Shown one piece after another: positions 40,821-52,227 of a stretch of 64,000 nt of DNA (positions are counted from its first letter, which is position 1; every line of letters starts with the position of its first letter). The position numbers and the translations under genes are program-made. Source of the DNA: Trichosphaerium sp. ATCC 40318. Lineage: Eukaryota; Protista; Tubulinea. The stretch is taken from NCBI GenBank assembly GCA_038496445.1, contig JALMLS010000075.1:62001-126000 (forward strand), in the 5' to 3' direction. The notes under the pieces are model-generated. The model worked only from the letters and a program-made list of their open reading frames with translations. It ran no database searches and had not been told where the DNA came from.

Positions 40821-41292
40821 TTACAGTTTAAGGTCACCCAATTCTCCATCCAAATCACTGAAGTCCGAATCAGAATCCTCATCTCCAAGAGCAGCAATTG
40901 TACCTTTAACGAAATTACCAAGTAAATCGTCAAGGAAATTGTCAAGTAAATCATCAAAATCCTCATCTACAACATTTAGTATTTCTTTTGTTTTAGTTTT
41001 CCCTGGCTCACCTGAGTCACTTTCTACCTGGGCACTCTTTCCTTGCTGTTTTTTTGGTCCCTGAAGACGGACGTTTCCCTGGTACTAAATTTGGCTTGTC
41101 ACCTTTGATTTCAACTGAATCGTATTTGTCGGATACTTTCAGCGATTTACCAATAACTGTATCAATGGTACTGTCTTTTTTGGTTTTAATCATAATCTTC
41201 TGGACTGGTGCAAAAAATTGCGCTGATGTAGAAGGACCAGCTTTTACCTCTATATCGTATTCGCTTTTGTCATAGTTTTTAACCCAAGACAT
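40821..41292 (-). CDS. Small hypothetical protein with acidic C-terminus (one intron)
   Basis: MSWVKNYDK...ECP joined by a GT-AG intron (about 40967-41027) to DEDFDDLLDNFLDD...GDLKL*. Confidence 0.6.
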
Positions 41293-41630
41293 GTTGTACT
41301 ATTGGTTGATGAAGTGTAAATAATATTATTCTGGATAAGTCTTATGAACTGTATTTCGCGAAATCAGCTAATTCGTCAACAGAAACAAAGATCAGATTTG
41401 GTTTGAAAATAATCCTCACTATTCCAATTGTTGCCTCTCACGTGCAGTTTAGGAACTAGCATGCTCGCCACGAGTTTTCTAAATACATGAAACGTTTCTG
41501 ACCCGTTGTTAAAGGCAACTGTTTAAAAATGGTTTAGTACTTCATAGCGCGTTGTAGACAATAAACAGAGTAGTCACTATCCTACGTTTCAAGTTTTTTT
41601 TTCTAGCCTCATTCACAGAAATATTCAAAA

Positions 41631-42287
41631 ATGTCAAAAAAAGGAAAGTTCGCAGGTTTTTTGTATACCACTTTTTTTTTTATATCAGTTTCGGTTCTTT
41701 AAATACTTCCATAACATACACTTCTAATGGATAGTGAAAATAGGTGCAGTTCAATGCTTCTACATAAATATATAACTCTACTACGCACTGAGTGTTCGTG
41801 TAAAGGAGTCTTAAAGAAGACATCCACGCACAATCTCTTAGCTTGGGTGGCAAGTTATTTCGCAGTGACAAAGTCACTTGTAGCTGTATATGACACGTCA
41901 CGTTGGTCCATCGGCAATACGCAAAACAAATACTTACTAAAATACGAGCTGATGTATCGACGAAAGCGTGAACAATATATGCAGGAAATGACTTACTTCG
42001 ACGAAATTTACTTCGACATTCGAGCTTTGAGAGGTGCCATGTGGTCCTTTCAAAACTCCTACCTCCCTCCTCTTCGGGATTTCCCGGAGACTTACAACCA
42101 ATTGACACGATCACCTTTCACATCCTTTTTTTTTTTTATTTCCTCATTGATACATCACGTGAGAGAGTGGAAGCAAACATAGACGCCAGTTGTTTGTACA
42201 TAAGCGACTTACACTAATCTCGTTTCAGTCATTGCATAGGAAGTACTAGAAGCTGAGATTGTAGCTGCACAAGTTTGCTTTGACTAA
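41631..42287 (+). CDS. Hypothetical protein
   Basis: 151-aa ORF core with flanking putative exons; boundaries uncertain. Confidence 0.35.
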
Positions 42288-42355
42288 AATAAGCGACAAC
42301 TGTTCATGTTTTATTTAATAGTCGTAGTGCTGTCATTAACCAGCTACGATTTCTA

Positions 42356-43228
42356 TCAGTAAGGTTTGACATAGTTCCATATACAGCATAAGGCTGAGAA
42401 AATCACATATGCAAGCAACAACAACACAAACAGTTTACCAATAATCATACATATTATTATGCACAATGTCCAATCATGATGTTTATTGCTATAGTCTTTT
42501 TCCACAAGTAAATGACCGTTCGTGTCCCACACTTGGGTCAGTCCGTATGTGCCATTGTTCATCATAACCTTACTACTAAGTTGACCATTATAATGCCACT
42601 TTTTGCACTCACCGTGTTGGTTGCCTTTAAGATAACTACACTTCATTTCTAGTTGACCATTTCTGTACCAAACCTTACACTCTCCTTCTCTCAAATCATC
42701 AACAAAATAATATTCTTTGTGGAGTTGGCCATTATCATGCCATGCCTTGAACTCACAGACTTGTTTATCTTTGACATAATAGCCACGATTCATCATTTTG
42801 CCATTGGCATGAAATGTCTTGTACTCACCTCCAAGAGAACCATCAATATAGTAGCATTGCTTTCTTAGTCGATTATATTTATCCCACTCTTTGTACTCTC
42901 CATGGTATAAATCATGCCTGAAAGTACTCTCGACCTACAAGTAATTGTCATCAACAGTATCGTAAGATGTTGTTTTTAATTCTTTTACCTTACGTTGATA
43001 GTACGTACAGCTCTTATTTCGTCTAAAGTCGTAACAATACTTTTTATTGCTTTTTATCCACTTTCCTTGTTTTTTTAGTTCATCGTCAAACCTTGTGGTT
43101 GTTGCTGCGTGTTTTGATAGAAGAGGCCATCGTAAATAAGCTTCAAAGTCTAAATCTATTATATCAAGCTGTAGCTAAAGTGGAAGGTCTAACAGGCGGC
43201 AACAATCTGATTTTAAAGCGCTTGTCAT
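42356..43228 (-). CDS. MORN_2/YwqK-type repeat protein with C-terminal TM; F-box-like N-terminus interrupted by TAG (possible pseudogene)
   Basis: Repeats W..NGQL.....Y..G...GE.K.W; N-terminus LLDLPL*LQLDII. Confidence 0.65.
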
Positions 43229-43280
43229 GTATCTGTTGGTGTGACATTTCGATACTCTAAACTTAACACATGCTTACAAC

Positions 43281-43905
43281 TTAATAGACACTCACGGAAG
43301 GTAACGAGAACAAGGCACGACAATACACCTGCGATGCTCTACAATTTGCAAACGCGTAGCATTGCATTTTGGATAAAACTGCCTGGTGACTAACTGTCGT
43401 AGCTGAGAATGTTTCATTAGTAGGAGATTCTATTACTACTGCTCGAAAATCCCATGGACCTTTTAAAGATTTAGAGGTAGCGAGGTGGATGCCACACCTA
43501 AATACTTTATACGCTTGTACGTACTTCGTATCCCGTTCCATGAGCCAAGCAGGCGCCCGTTCACCATATCTAAACGAAACATCGTCTGCATTAACATTTT
43601 CAAAACGTGATATTCCAAAATTAGAGAAAAAAAACGTCAGTATCTTGTACTTCTTTTCTAAAAACAACACGGAAATTGGCGCGTATCTTCATAGAGGTGG
43701 ATGTGGTCTGGCCCTCGCTTAGCCGGTTACGAAACCTCTGAACCGGTTAACACTAGGCTAGGGAATGGGCACTATCTATCTACATAGTACTTTATCAATG
43801 ATGACATGCATATCTTTACTTCAATCATGGATTATGAGTTCTGATATATGAAGGTAAGTTAGCACAACGCATCCGGCTTGCTTTTGTCACTCAAGTACAG
43901 CATGC
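43281..43905 (-). CDS. Hypothetical protein, possibly a beta-propeller hydrolase fragment
   Basis: GIHLATSKSLKGPW resembles a GH43-like blade motif; the 5' end is uncertain. Confidence 0.3.
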
Positions 43906-44291
43906 ATTAGAATGTAGATTGCTTTTATTGATTTGTTGGTACTTTCTCCACCACGGTTACGTAACATGCCCTAGTGTTGACAATGACAGCTAAATATTGA
44001 GTAGATCCGACAGTGCTGCTTGTTATTGTTCGAAAGTTCTACACGTGTGTACACTAAGTGGAACAACAATACCGTGGAATCATTTAGGAGTAAAGAACCC
44101 GCAATCGCTGTGCCTGTAAGATACCTTCTCGCTTCCTTTCTTTCCGTTTCTTTTCGCGCTCCTTTCTATTTTTACACGTACAATGAATGCTCGTTTCTTA
44201 TTGGCTCAGTATTTTTAGAAAGAATAAGACTTGTGAACTCTTTTTTTCTTTGACCTCTCGAAGCCAGAAACAACCCTGCTGAATATTAAAA

Positions 44292-45746
44292 ATGGCAAAT
44301 ACCATTAACGAATACAAACTAGTAGTAGTTGGACCAGGTACGGGCACCAATAAACAAGAACACCCTTCGCAAGAAACAATAAAAAACAAAAAAACAATAG
44401 ACTCGTTTATCTAACTTGTTGTTACTATATAGGTGGCGTTGGTAAATCGGCAATTACAATACAAGTACGTAAATAGCTAAATAAACTTAAATTATTTACA
44501 CCAACGTTTTACACGTGTCGCTAACAGGTATTTTTTTTAGTTCATAAAAAGTACTTCGGATTGTACTTTTTTTTTATTTTCTAACCCTTGTGTTTGGACC
44601 ATTTCATATTGGAATATGATCCAACGGTACGCTTTATTTAAACCCCTACCTATTACGGAGTCACAACAAAAAACGTGTTTTATCAAAACAGATTATCGTA
44701 ACGACGTCGAACGCAACTACTTTGTGACAACGTCCTTACTTTAATTCTGTGGAGTTTGCTTCCTTGTAGTATTTTTTTTTTGACCTTCGCGCTAGATTGA
44801 GGACAGTTACAGGTAATAAAACTTGATATGAATGCGTAGCAAATTACTAAGACGAGAATAAGGAAGCAAATGGTGATTGACGAAGACGCCTGTTTTTTGG
44901 ATATTTTAGGTACAGTTTTTTTTCTTACTTTCGAGCCACCTTGTTGTTGACCGTCTCCTACAGACACAGCTGGTCAGGTAAGTTCCGGATTCTCCACATA
45001 CTATTCCATCACCTCACAATTATAAAAGGAGGAATACTCTGCGATGAGAGATCAAGTACGTTATTGTAGCGAACTAAAGGTGTCGCGACCTTTTTTACCC
45101 TTTTCATAAAAACGACACAAAAAAAAATTACTTCGGCGAACTTTTTCACTAAACGACGTGCAGTATATGCGTAACGGCCAAGGCTTTCTTGTTGTATACT
45201 CTATAACCGAAAAAATATCGTTTGAAGAGCTTGCCGTTTTCCGTGAGCAAATCGTAAGGTACGCGTGTAGTTGATATCACGTGATATAATGCTTTTGTTG
45301 TAAACTATTTGGCGTTAATTTTGGCGTTTTAGAGTTAAAGACACGGAAAACGTTCCACTCGTCCTAGTAGGAAATAAAGCGGATGTACGTTTTAGAAAAC
45401 CACGTGGTTTTTTTTGTATTAATTCCTTTTCGTCTAGTTGGAAGAATACCGTGCTGTTGCGACTGTAGAGGCATCGGAACTAGCAAAGAGCTGGGGATCG
45501 CCTTTCTTTGAGGTAAATAAAACGAAAAAACCGCCTATATGCTAATGCCGTTTTTAGTGTTCCGCAAAGACGCGAGACAATATTGAGGGTATGTTTTTTG
45601 TTTTTTTGAAGTGGTTTTAAATATTTACATCCCAAATAGAGGTATTTGTTGAGCTTGTTCGTGAAATTAATAGAAAGGGTGGTGTTGTTAAAAGCAACAA
45701 CAAAAAACCTGTTGGCAAAAGAAAGCCAAAGTGTTCTATCTTGTAA
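44292..45746 (+). CDS. ras: Ras-family GTPase (13 exons)
   Basis: [75 protein letters not shown] box CSIL. Confidence 0.95.
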
Positions 45747-46003
45747 ATCAATACAAAGAGCCTGTGAACAAACTCATAACAAGGCAGTACTGTAAACATA
45801 AAATAGAAAAATTTTCAGGTACCTGGGCTTTTTTTATGCAGTAAATGAATTATTTGTAGTAAAAATTTAATAAAATAAGCTTGAATAACTTTATGAATTT
45901 ATGGTGGTAATTTGTTGGCAACGTAAAATAAGAATAAAACCAAAGACAATGCAATCAGTTTATAATTTTATGATTGATTAAACACATCAAAACTCATCGG
46001 GTG

Positions 46004-46209
46004 AGCTTGTCATTGTATAATAAATGTATTAAAAGCCGTGATAGCTCAGCTGGTAGAGCGTTAGACTGAAGATCTAACGGTCGCGTGATCAAGCCACGCT
46101 CGCGGCAAACACCTTTTTGGTTGTTTTGCCTTTAAAAGATCTTCAGTCTTAACGCTGTACCAGCTGAGCTATCACGGCTTTTAATACATTTATTATACAA
46201 TGACAAGCT
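46004..46209. repeat. Inverted repeat with ~72-bp arms (46004-46075 and 46137-46209)
   Basis: The right arm is the reverse complement of the left arm with one mismatch and one 1-nt insertion. Confidence 0.95.
46035..46107 (+). tRNA. tRNA-Phe (GAA) with atypical T-loop
   Basis: GCCGTGA TA GCTC AGCTGGTA GAGC G TTAGA CTGAAGA TCTAA CGGTC GCGTG ATCAAGC CACGC TCGCGGC A; T5 terminator follows. Confidence 0.9.
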
Positions 46210-46838
46210 TATTTAATCCTAAATGATGGATATATGCATCATTTTTCAATTAAACAACTTTTACTCTTTTTTTTTTCAAATCTTACTGATGTATTTTATA
46301 GACAGCCACTTAGCACTCTTAGTAATTCATGAAATTAGACAAAACCAATCGAACCACAGCACTCTATTTTGCTTATAACAATAGAAGTGAACTCTGTAAT
46401 ATTTCCAGAACCACGGAATTCTAACACTATAAGGTAAGGTTGTTTTTTTTTTTTTTTTCACCATTTCATATTTTCTCTAAGGTTTTTTCAAATGTGGACT
46501 TAAGAGTTTTGTGCATTGTATGTGTTTTGTAAAATAAAATAAATAGTTGTACAAAAAATAAGGCATTTTTGTAAAAAACAATACATTATTTGGATGAAAA
46601 TGCCTCATTGAATTTCAACTCTGCTTCAATTTAGTCTTTAATCTATCATCAGTCTAACATTATACTAACTGTGCTATTTTCAGCCTAACACAAATCGCTG
46701 TTGTGAAACCTATTGAAACTAGTGTAAACTATCATGTTATCAAAGTTATTTTGGGTCTAACACACAATAAGGTTTTACAAACAATCATATTTGAATATCA
46801 TAAACCTGTTTATTTTTGTAACAAACAATTATTTGTAT

Positions 46839-48169
46839 TTATGATGTAGGAAACCAAGGAAAAAAGCTACTAGTATTACGCATGTATGCTTCAAAGCCTG
46901 GTTTTGTTTTACGCAAACCACGCTCTAATAATGCTACACCTGAAACTTTCAAAAGCAAAAATGTCATCAATATTGGAGAGTAAATTGTTGAGTAGTTTCC
47001 GGCACCAGCAGACAATAAATAAAATCCCCAAAACATAGCAGCATTTCCAAAGTAATTAGGGTGTCGTGTGTATTTCCTATAGAGCTAAGTAAGTACCACA
47101 ATCCTTGTATGATTCAACAGAAAAAAAATGACAACCAGTTTTTAAGTTTTTCAAAGAAAAAATTGAGCACAACTTAGATGAAGGCCAAATAAGCACTCGT
47201 GTTACTCAGTTGGTAGATAACACTTATGTGCATGCGTATAGTGCATTGTAAATTTTGTAAAAAATCAGGACGTACCATAATCCGGTTGTTAATAGTTTAC
47301 CCTTATTCTTCGGTGAACTTTTAAAAGCTGCCAATTGAAAGTCACCAACAGCTTCAAAGTAGAATCCTACAGCCCAAACAGCCATACCAACAAAATCAAG
47401 AACACTAGCAGGTGCGTCACCACTAATAGCGCCAGATAAAGGATGTCCAATGATCTAAATGAAGCGCAAAAGTCAGAATCTGAAAAAAACTGAAAGCATC
47501 GACGAACCCAGTTTAGTACGCCTTGTAGTACAAATGTTTGGAAGTAAGATACCCACCACCAGTTCTTACCGTAATGCTTTGCAAATTGCGCATATCGATA
47601 ATCTAGTTCTTGTGAGGAAAAGATGACAAATCTAAAAGTAGGTTGTAATCGTACCTTCGTGGCCCCAGTTACGCCAGAATAGGTATGCAGCCAACCTTAT
47701 CGCCCATAAGCTGGTTAGAAGCATAGTTGTGTCTTTTCGCCATTGATTGCCATTTTGTGAGTCGCGGTGGATGTAATAGACGATGGCACTGAGTAGAAAA
47801 CCTATACAAGTACTTAGATACGTTATTTGTAGAAGTATCGCGAACCTAAACTCCAATACGGATCTACGATAGATACTTTGTTAATCAATCGTGCGTAAAG
47901 GTAGAGAACGGAGAAAGCGCTTAGTAGAACGCCAAAGCACACTAATTTCGCTGAGTAAGTGTTCGCAAACGCTTCCAGGGCGACATATTGCGATGAGGAC
48001 GTTAATGCGCTCAGAGCTTCCATTATTGAGGGTTTAGCGGCTAATTCAGAATAAACGGACTAATTTCTAAATAATCCGTACCCCAAGCAGCACCGATAAG
48101 AGCAAACGATATAATAAGAGCCTTGTTCTTCGACAAGAGCTTTTGTACGAATTTCAGCGGTTCTGACAT
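46839..48169 (-). CDS. DUF1295 / steroid 5-alpha-reductase-like membrane protein
   Basis: KVSIVDPYWS, LWAIRLAAYLFWR, EDYRY, FEAVGDFQL..FK, GLWKYTRHPNYFG, LLKVSGVALLE, YMRNTSSFFPWFP. Confidence 0.9.
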
Positions 48170-48379
48170 TTGACGGCGAAAAGTGATTACGACACGCCTT
48201 AATCCAGCAACCTTACATTGTGTTCAGTACGAAAACGAAATAATAGAGTGGTAAACGGGTGATCAATAATCGTTTTATTGTATTTCAAGTGCTTTTGCTC
48301 ACATAACCTCTTAACCGATTCTTATACGCGTCAATAGCGGGTAGCGAACGAATTCTCGCCAGCAAAGCAGTTTTCGCCC

Positions 48380-48450
48380 ACGTTTCCGCCCTTTCAGCAG
48401 TTTGTCACTCGCTAGAGTTTTGACAAATCGCGTCACTTGCATGACGACGT
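48380..48450 (-). promoter_or_regulatory. SECIS element (form II, GUGA core)
   Basis: Minus strand reads ACGUCGUC..AA GUGAC GCGAUUUGUC AAA ACUC UAGC GAGU GACAAACUGC UGAA..GGCG..ACGU: quartet core, 10-bp helix II with one A-C mismatch, apical AAA, mini-helix. Confidence 0.85.
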
Positions 48451-48498
48451 ACAGGTAGTTAATTAGAGGTCGTGGCAATCACAGCGCGAATGTCACGC

Positions 48499-48958
48499 TT
48501 ATTTCTGTTTAATCTCTACTGAGTGGGAATAGAATCCGAACCTATGGTACATTAAACAAGGCTTGAGGGTAAGAACTTGCCATCCTTTGATTTTCTTAGA
48601 GGATCCAGAAGCGTTTGGGTAACACCAAACGTGGTTTGGGAGTTCCTTCCCATCAACAACGATGTTGTAGTAGCTGGCCGTGCCCTAAACGTTCAATGAC
48701 GAATCGATCTGAGGAAAACTCCGCACAAGCGCTGGTTGCATTAAAAACGTACCTTGGAGCCTCAAGAGCTGGTATTAGGCGACTTGACGAAATACTCCAT
48801 GTTAACAGATTGTGGAGGGATGTAGGTGTATCCTAAAGCGCATAAGCATTGTTTTACGTTACATACAGACCAAAAGAACAAAACAGTTGCCTACCTGAGA
48901 GCGACTCAGTTTTTTTACTGTCAGCGATAACTTTGCCGTTGAAGGTAATTGTTGCCAT
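48499..48958 (-). CDS. DUF427 (NTP_transf_9)-family selenoprotein candidate, 96 aa, Sec45
   Basis: Exons 48958-48895, 48832-48753, 48684-48581, 48541-48499 give MATITFNGKVIADSKKTESLSGYTYIPPQSVNMEYFVKSPNTSSUGSKGTASYYNIVVDGKELPNHVWCYPNASGSSKKIKGWFGFYSHSVEIKQK*. TGA at 48764-48762. Confidence 0.85.
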
Positions 48959-49044
48959 GATTGTCAATTTAAATTACTAAAACACAAAGTATTGCTTAAC
49001 GCTATTTTTTATTTAAGCTAGTAATATTGGGCTATGTACAAAAC

Positions 49045-50100
49045 TCATTGTTTCCAACTGTAGATTTGCATACGAATCTAGAAAAAAAGTGTCAAGATTT
49101 CTCATGGACACAAAAAAAGAAAAAAAAAACCTCACCTCTTTTGCTTCGTCTACGTGGTCTTCGCGGATTCTCCTTTCTCTTTCTTCCTCCTCTGCTTTTT
49201 TAACTTGTTCAAGTGTTGCTTTACGGGCTTCTTCCGCTTTTCCTTCTTCCTCCTTTTCTTCCACAATCTTAAACAACCCACGTGTTAGTATAAAATAAAA
49301 AAAGAACAAGTTGGGAAAATGTACTTACCCTACGTGCACGCTCCTTCTCTTCCAAGGTCTTAGCTCTGCTCAATGAAGTGTGTTCTTCAATTGGACCAAA
49401 TGCCTTCTTTGCGATCAAAACGTTACAGTCAGCGTTCTCGAGGCAATACTTTGTTGTAGAACCAACGAAAATTCTTGCAAAATGTCAGAAAATGTAGCAT
49501 AATAACAATAAACCACACCTTTTAACTGAGTTCATATCGCGTCTGCCAATCACCAAGTGGTGAATATTCTTTTCTTTGACAGCCTAGGCTAGTTTAAGCT
49601 TCTTTGTGACAAAACCCAGACTCACCTGACAAATGCCATCCCCAATATGCGTCGACCAACCCATTACTAGCTTAGGCGTCACAAGTACTTCCTTTGCTCG
49701 TTTATGGAAGAATCTCAACGTCTTTTTACACAGTGCTTCCTATTTATCGTTGTCAAAATACAAAACCGCAAAAACACTTTAAAACGTACCTGTTGCGCCT
49801 GGTATTCTTTGATATACTCACCAGACTCTAAAGGAAACAAGTGAAGGTCCTTTAGGTCTTCAGCTGCTCTGTAAATGTACAGAGTGTCGTCTTTGACGTT
49901 CATTAGCGAGAGAGCCTACAAACAAGCAGTCAGTAAATCGGTACGGAACGTTAACTGCCGTACAATATTAAAAGCCCACTGGGCGTACCTACGCGGTAAG
50001 TGTCAGTACAGCAGTACAACGGTTGTACAAGTAAGCGACTTGTATTTAAAAAAAAAACGTACTCGCTCTCATCTACTGCTACCATCCAATTTGTTGCCAT
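49045..50100 (-). CDS. Universal stress protein (UspA domain) with charged coiled-coil tail
   Basis: WMVAVDESEYAQWAF...ICQAVKEKNIHHLVIGRRDMNSVKRIFVGSTTKYCLENADCNVLIAK. Confidence 0.88.
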
Positions 50101-50528
50101 TGTTGTTGTTTGTTTACTTTTTTGGTTTTATGATTCTTAAAAAAAGTCTAATTTCCTCTTGCATCAGTCAGTTCTTAAGTTTATTGGTAATAGTAAGAAA
50201 AAACGTACACAGATCCTTTACGTTTATACGGTGCCACAGACTACGTAAGCGTAAGGGCAACTTGTATTGTAGTGAACCTTTTTTTTCTTTCTTAGGCAAC
50301 CAAAACACGTGTCAGGAGTGTTACAATGTAATTAAATTTCACTGAGAGTAATAACAGGCGTAATTGCTGAGGTAGATAGCTTTTTATAACTAGCAAGTCT
50401 CACTTAGAATAGCATCGGAGGTATGTTGCATTGTACGTACAAGCAACTGAACAACCGACCAAAATGTTTGTTCACAAAAGTACAACAACAAGTTGGTGTT
50501 ACAAGCGAATTTATTTTTCTAGAACTAG

Positions 50529-52099
50529 TTACGAACTAAAAACATCGAGTTGGCGTTTTGTATCGATAATACTACTTGATGTATCATCCAAAAGTTTCAA
50601 TAGCTTTGCAAGTGTTCTATGTGCTTCCTCAACCTGTTGCTTCTTATACGCTGACATATCTTCACTCATTGTAGTATCAGCTTGTTGTGTGCTTCCACCT
50701 TCAGGTACAGCTGCAAGCTTACCCTCAAGCTCTTTATTCTTAGCCATGAGCGCCTCAATCTGGGTTTTTTGCGCAGTGTTTATTGAAGCCAAAGTCTTGG
50801 CTTCCTCGGCCTTCTTCTGTAGTGCCATTCCCATTTCTTTTAGTTTATTCGTAGCCTCACTATTAGCAGATTCTAATGCAGCATAATCTTTATACAATTG
50901 CATTAACTTCCTTTCTGCAACACTTTTTGTTTCTTTCAGTTTAGTTTCAAGTGCTTTTTGATCTTCAACTTCTTTTCTCAAATCAAGAATTTCTACAGCA
51001 TAGTTAGCAACTTAAATTCCTTTCAACTCATTGGAATATGTCACAGTTCAAATATCCAACAAAAACAAAAAGAACAGTTTATCAAGTTGTAATCAGTACC
51101 TCCTAGCCTCTTTACTTTTGATGGATCAAAAAAATCAATGAGTTCTTGATTTTTTGTATCAACAACTACATCATACGCAGTACCTGAAAGAAAAAAGTTG
51201 GCATGTCATTCAAATTGTATCAACCGTACGTTTCATAGAATCCTTTATGTTTCTATCAGCTCCTGCATCAAAGAGCATACGTAAGCAAGAGATATTCTGA
51301 TTGGTAGCACTAAAGTAAGTGTAAATCTCTTGCAATAAAAATTTAATGTTACTTCTGTAAAGTAGTACAACGTACCTGTAGTGCAATGGCGTGAACCCTT
51401 GGTTCCCGCGAGTGTTTATGCTGGCTTTTCCGCCGTGTGCAAGCAAGACAGCTAATGTTGTTTCTGCGCCATTTAAACATGCCCAATGAACGGCTATGGT
51501 TGTTTTAGTGCGTAAGAAGGCGTGGGAAACGCAAGTAATTGAAAATAGAAAGAGAAAGAGAAGCACAGAATTAGCAAAAAATTCGGTGAAACTTCGGTTT
51601 TTTAAACGTTTGGCTTTGTTTACGTACGAGATTCATCGTTAATATCCAAAGTTAGTTTAGCGTCAGCTTTTAAGAGCGCTAAACAAATATCTGTTCGACC
51701 TTCACCAGCTGCCCTAATATTGATGAATTGGTTTAATTTCGTTGTTTTCAATGGTTTAACGCACCAGTGCAGGGCGGTTGCTTTTTCTGAGTCTACAACG
51801 TTTAAAAGGGCAGGCGCAGCGTCTAATAGCATTTTTGCCACGTCCCAGTGCCCCTCTGAGCACGCGTAGTGTAATAATGTAGCGCCACCGTATAAACCGC
51901 AAGCAGAGGCTAGCATTGCTTCCACAGGATCGTCGTCATCATCAACCTACACATAGTTAGACCTAGAATTAAATACTGTTTTTCTAACCTCCATCGCATC
52001 AGGATTCTGTGTAGCAGCTATAGACTTTTGCTTGGCAGTCAACCATTCTTTTACAGCCTGTACATTTCCTTCTTTAACTTCTTCAAGTACTTCCGCCAT
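50529..52099 (-). CDS. Ankyrin-repeat protein with C-terminal coiled coil
   Basis: GATLLHYAC, ATALHWAAGEG, AVHWACLNG, GFTPLHY, GADRNIKD; long heptad tail. Confidence 0.88.
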
Positions 52100-52227
52100 G
52101 TTTCTTGACAAGTTTTTTGGTTTTTTTTTACTTTTTTTGAAATTTGACTGCCTTTTTGCTAAGGGTCCCATACTTTTAACACCCATGAGGTGAACTGAAA
52201 TAACAAGCATTATCACTACACTACAGC

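Noticed and set aside
41040-41060. Apparent +1 frameshift at an A7 run
   Set aside because: A canonical GT-AG intron with a CTAA branch point (about 41027-40967) restores the frame.
50431-50886. 151-aa plus-strand ORF
   Set aside because: Antisense shadow of the ankyrin protein's coiled-coil exon.
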